Below, piece after piece: positions 59,291 to 64,000 of a DNA stretch of 64,000 nucleotides. The stretch comes from Anthoceros angustus (Eukaryota > Plantae > Anthocerotophyta). The notes under the pieces were generated by a model that saw only the letters and a program-made list of their open reading frames with translations, did no database searches and was not told the origin of the DNA. The DNA lies in the NCBI GenBank assembly GCA_010909165.1, contig VJWM01000103.1, positions 1 to 64,000 of the forward strand, written 5' to 3'. Every line of letters starts with the position of its first letter. Positions within the stretch are counted from its first letter, which is position 1. The position numbers were made by a program, and so were the translations under genes.

Positions 59291-60545
59291 GCCCTTTCTT
59301 ATCCCCGATCACGAGATTCTTAGGGCAGAAGGTAGTTTTGAGAAAAGCGATCGCAGGAGTTAGTGGGGCCCCTAAGCCTGGTGTGCTTTGTTCGATTGAC
59401 CCTTTTTTTTTTTTCCAGTGTAGATGGTATTTTTTCCATCTCTTTTCTTTCTACATAAAGTCTCTCCATTTTTTTTCTCTCCTCTTAAGTCACATGTTAT
59501 ATGAGATCTATGAGATCCATCTCAAAGATATTAAGATGTGCAAATTATTAAATATATCTGAAAACTAACGTAGAATGATCTTTTAAATATATTTCAAATA
59601 ATTAATATTTTATTTTTTATTATAACAATCTAGGTGATCTGGTATAATTGAACTGGCTTGTATAAACTTATACCAATATAATCTGGAAGCAGAAGCAAGA
59701 AAATCGCGATAAAAGAAAAAAGAAGAGGCAAGAAGGTATGTAATAGGCGTAGAAGTGGAAGAGGCACGGCATTTATTTACTTGGATTAAGGCCGTTTGCA
59801 AGGCCGGGTAGCGTGGCCGTGGAGGTGCAGTGACGGCGACGTTGAGGGACCGGGTGAGGGCCAACAGTACCACGGGTAACGTTACTCCCGCTCGCACTTT
59901 ACTTTTGGTGCTTTTACCAGGGCAGGGCAGGGAACGGCACGGCACGGCGGTGTGTCAGCAACGGTCAAGTCAGGTGAGGCACACAGGCACGATCACGATT
60001 CACGCCACTTCCGCTCGAAAGTGGCGAGACCCCCACTGGCCACCAGCCACCGCCTAAATGCATTTAGCAAGAATTAATGCTTAAGCAAATGTGGCACTTA
60101 ACGCCGCCCACATCGTCCTATCCGGAAAATAGCAAGCCAAAAGTGAAGAAAGCAGCAAAGCTTGGCGCCAGGGGTGACCAGGTGGATTATTCCCACTCCT
60201 ATTTTCGGTTATTTCGAAGTGTGGGCGCCTGTCCTGTGTCGTAGAACCCAGACTTTGTACCTGCCCAGCTCTCATTTGCTCCATCCTGGGGTTCAAAATT
60301 CAAAATATCACCCGCTACATCCCTACTCTGCTACAGGCATATTCCGCACATTACATTACCGGGTCAGAGCTGCTTGTAAAAGCCTTTGTTTATTTGCGGT
60401 GTATGATGATATTCCCCCGTGGCCTCACCCAGTAGACTAGGTATTTGCTGTACGCAATGAGCAGAAATTGGCGGATTTGTGTTGTTGGTTTGCGACGCCA
60501 CATGCCCTGCGTCAGAGCAGGCAGCAGGCCCCGACTGTGTAGGGT

Positions 60546-60960
60546 AGAGAGAGAGAGAGAGAGGGCTGGGATTTACGACCCACTTGCGTATGTGCCTTGC
60601 TTTCTTCCCTCCTTCCTTCTAATAATCATGCTTGCCAGCCAGCCTCGTCAGTCCCATCACCCACTGCCCACTTACATAACTAACTGTGATCGATGTACTT
60701 ACATAAACATTGTGTTACCTGACCTGTGAAGATAACATAGGCATAGAATGTGTGGCATATATCGAATGCAAGTGGTGGGGGGATGCCTTTGTCGGGAGGG
60801 GAAGGAGGAGCTGAAGGGAAGGGAAGGGAAGTGAAATGAAGTGAAGGGAAGGGAAGGGAAGAGGAGGGAGGAGAAGAAGAGGAAGGCGAATATTTGGTCT
60901 TGGGAGGGTGTTGTTGCTGCTGCTGCTGCTGCTGTGGTGGTGGGTGGTGCAAGAAATGGA
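60546..60960. repeat. Microsatellite cluster: (AG)n at 60546, (GGGAA)n at about 60815-60860, (GCT)n/(GGT)n at about 60915-60947
   Basis: Read directly from the sequence. Confidence 0.85.
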
Positions 60961-62999
60961 CCAGAGCTCGGCAACGTCCTACACGCGAAACTCATGAGTC
61001 CGATGATTGCCACATGTTCACGGGAAGGGAAGGGAAGGGAAGGCCCGGACTGGCGCATCCTGTCGTAGAGTTTTGCAGTACAAAGCCCTAATCTCCTCAG
61101 CTTCATGATTGGCCCGATTCCAACGCTCCCCCTGCAGGCAGCAGTAAGGCCAGCCCAGCTCTGCTTTCGCTCCCTCCCAAATATGCTGCAACAACAACCC
61201 ATCTTCCCGGACAGCGCCGAATGCTGCTGCTCCCTGCTGCTAATGGGAATCCGGATCCTGTCACTCTGCTGCATGCTCGCCCCGCCTCGCTTTCCTTGCT
61301 CTGCACTTGTTTAATTGTTTAATTCAAAACTCGGAAATCAAACCGCTTTATAATTCGCTGCGGCGGCGGGAAGGCGCAAGGGTTGGTGGACATGTTCCAA
61401 CATGTACAACCCACCACCCGCCTCTCCTCCTCGCTTCGCCCATGAATGGGTAACGGAATGTGGTTGTGGAGCTGGGGCTGGCCTTACTAGAGATTGGGAC
61501 GCGCGCACACACATGGAGCGCCCTGCTCCTGTTGTTGTCTCTTCTCTACTCCTCCTTTTGCGCTGTACATAGTGATGCATCGACAGCTTGTGTGTCGTGA
61601 AAAGCACAGGGTGCGCGAGCGAAAGGCAAGGGAAGGAGAGAAAAGGAAAGGGGCGAACAAAAGGCTTCTGGAAGGAAAAGGAAGGAAAAGGAAGGAAAAA
61701 GAAGGAAAGGGAAGAAGGAGAAGAAGAGAGCGTTGGTTGCGTTGCACGTCCCACGAGCCACAGCCAAATCACGGCAAGCAGCATTTCCTGTCCTTGCTGT
61801 GGCCCTTTTCTTTCCTGGGCCTGGGCCTGGGCCTGGCCTGGCCGGCCCCGGCCCCGGCCCTGGCTCCTGACCGACCGCGGGTTCGAACCGCGAGTGGCGG
61901 AAAGTAAAGCCAGGCGTCAATGATGCGGGCAACCCGCTCCACCTACCAGCACCTAAACAATTACCAGTACCGCCACCGGCTGGGCCGGTGGCCTAGGGGC
62001 TGCCCGCGCGCGGCCTCCCGGTGACAACGACTTGTCCAGGGCGGTGTCAGGAGGGTCTTAATGGCGCGCCATTTCTGCTTTACCGCGGTCTGCCAATCGT
62101 TAACCTCACCAGTGACCACTGACCCGGGTCTGTGGTGGGCCCCTACCGTCTCTCAACCCCCGTGTGACCCCGTTCGCTCCCGTCCGTCCGCGTCCGCTCC
62201 GTCCTGCGCCTAGTTTTGTATATTTTTTTCCGCCCTTTGCTTTGCGTTGCTTTGCTTTGCTTTACTTTGTTTTGTTTTGTTTTGTTATTGCATCGCGTTA
62301 TTTCCTCTGTGTGAGCTGTGCTTTGCTTTGCTTTGCGACGCTACTGCTTGCTTGCTTGCTTGTTTCCGAGCACTGCTGTGCTGCTTCTCTTTCTTAATCC
62401 TGCTCCGCTGCCACCGATCTTTCACAGGAGCTACTCTGGCGGGCTGGAGATCTGCCGCCCGGGCTTTCCTCATCTTTTTCCGCAAATCTGCGGCCGAGAG
62501 TGCGTCTTTGTGTGCCCGCGATCTGGAGGTGCAGGTGCGGCTGCGGCTGCGCTTTCTTTGAGCGTGCTCGCGCTGGTGCAAAGATTTGAGGCCGGCGGGA
62601 GGGGATTTTGCAGAATTTTCGGTGCGGGTTTGAGGTGCTGGCAGCAATTGCGGCGCGCGGGGGATGCTGCTGCTGCTGCTGCTGAGGCGGCGGTGGGGTG
62701 TATGGGGTGAGGCGTGACGTGACGTGCTGCTGCCATGCCTGGCCGGCCGGGATGGAGGCGGCCTTCGCAGGATCTCCACAACATCCCAATGTCCCCAGTC
62801 AGCTCCTAGGCTTGCGTCCCAGGATTAGGAGAAGCCGCAAGTCGTGACTTTCTCTTGGCTAGCCCCGCTGCCGTCTGTCCCGCATTTCTCTGGCCCCGAC
62901 CAATTTGCTTGCTGCTCAGCTGCCGCGACCGCCCTTCTTGCGCGCCCGGGCCTGGAGGACGCACCGAATTGCCGGACCAGATTCCTCCCAGGTCTATGC

Positions 63000-63945
63000 A
63001 TGGAAGGCAGGGAAGCAGGGGGAGCAGGGGCGCCCGGATCTCACATCCAGCAGCAGCCTGGCTTTAGTAATCTCCTGCAGCGGCCCCCCGCGGGCACGCC
63101 TCCTTCGACTCCCGTGGGAGTCCATGCCCCGGCTGCGCTCAGGCCCGGCCTCCCGACTCCCATGAGCCTGCCGGGGCCCAGCCCTATGGACGTCACGCCG
63201 CCTCACTCTGTTGGAACCATGAACGTGACGCCTCCTGGTATGGGAATACCTGGTCATGGCCTCGCCATGCCCCCCGGGGGTCCTTCCCCTGCAGCCATTT
63301 CTGCTACGCGGGGGCCGGCCGGGGAGTCGGTCAAGAGGAAGCGAGGAAGGCCCCGGAAGTACGGTGTGAACGACGGAGCTCCTGGAAGCTCTATCGCCAA
63401 TAATTCCGCCGCCCCGTCGTCCGCCTCGCTTTTGTCCTCCCCTCCAGTGGAGAAGCGCGGCCGTGGCCGACCCCCGGGCTCGGGGAAAAAGCAGCAGCTC
63501 GCAGCTTTGGGTATGGCGCGCTTCCTTTTACTCTTCCTTTTGTGTGGGTAGGTTTGCTATATTGCCTCTATTCCTCGCTGCGGCGTCAGCTCGCGAGCTG
63601 CCTGCTTCCTGTTTTTTTTTTGCTTCGCTGCCGCTGTCGATATGTCCTCACCAGAAGCTCCTATCGCAGGCTCAGCAGGTCAAAGCTTCACTCCTCATGT
63701 TATCACAATTGCTGCAGGAGAGGTGAGTCTGGGCACTCCTCCCTGCCTTCCTAATCTTTCTGCTTCACCACCTTTCTCCACATGTTCACCTGTGTGCGGT
63801 ATTGTGTGCCTCCGACCTCCAGGATGTTGCCGTCAAGATCCATTCCTTTGTCAATTTGCAAGCCCGCCATGTTTCCATAATCTCTGCAAATGGAGCCGTT
63901 TCCAATGCACAGCTGAGGCAGGGAGGTGGCGTTATTTTGTATGAG
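63000..63945 (+). CDS. AHL: AT-hook motif nuclear-localized (AHL, clade B) protein with two AT-hooks and a PPC/DUF296 domain; exons 63000-63510, 63670-63722, 63823-63945; continues beyond the window
   Basis: KRKRGRPRKY and KRGRGRPPGSGKKQQLAALG|SAGQSFTPHVITIAAGE|DVAVKIHSF...ISANGAVSNAQLRQ...YE, with GT-AG introns at positions typical of clade B. Confidence 0.93.
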
Positions 63946-64000
63946 GTGAGCTCCGCAAGGAGAAAAGGGCGGAGGGGTTAACCTCTTATGCGTGAACCCT

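Noticed and set aside
61868-61900. CGCGG-GTTCGAA-CCGCG hairpin resembling a tRNA T-arm or Pol III B box
   Set aside because: No acceptor stem, D-arm or anticodon arm can be folded around it, and the context is a GGCC-rich low-complexity tract.
61338-62790. Multiple 100-165-aa ORFs upstream of AHL
   Set aside because: They derive from purine/pyrimidine and (TTTGC)n or (GCT)n microsatellites typical of promoter and 5' UTR DNA.

Overview
Eukaryotic nuclear DNA from a land plant. It has short GT-AG introns, a PLS-class PPR remnant and an intact axonemal dynein-associated gene, which points to a lineage with flagellated sperm (bryophyte, lycophyte or fern grade). A hornwort is plausible, but that is inference. 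Bases 259-20.5 kb form a nest of Ty3/gypsy (non-chromovirus, Athila/Tat-like) sequence: one gag-pol preceded by a tRNA-Asp-like PBS, five starts of a large accessory ORF (here called ORF-Y) that share a conserved leader, a fold-back inversion near 11.14 kb, and tandem duplications. Bases 22.6-47.4 kb are gene-rich: CSC1/OSCA (ERD4-like) channel; a cassette of degenerate PPR, PRA1 and LRR-like fragments; a PI31-type F-box protein; an intronless bacterial-type cupin; a GH17 beta-1,3-glucanase; TIM13; two convergent XTH genes; a multi-exon CFAP94/CASC1/DNAI7 gene that the ORF track breaks up; and an intronless RING-H2 ORF. Bases 47.5-59.5 kb are mostly degenerate or mobile DNA, including two RLE-type non-LTR fragments and a duplicated repeat-bearing element. 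An AT-hook/PPC (AHL) gene starts at 63000 and runs off the window end. Host genes are intact, whereas repeats are full of 1-bp indels, so part of the repeat structure may be long-read assembly error. All family assignments come from motif recognition by eye, not database searches, and TE boundaries are approximate.
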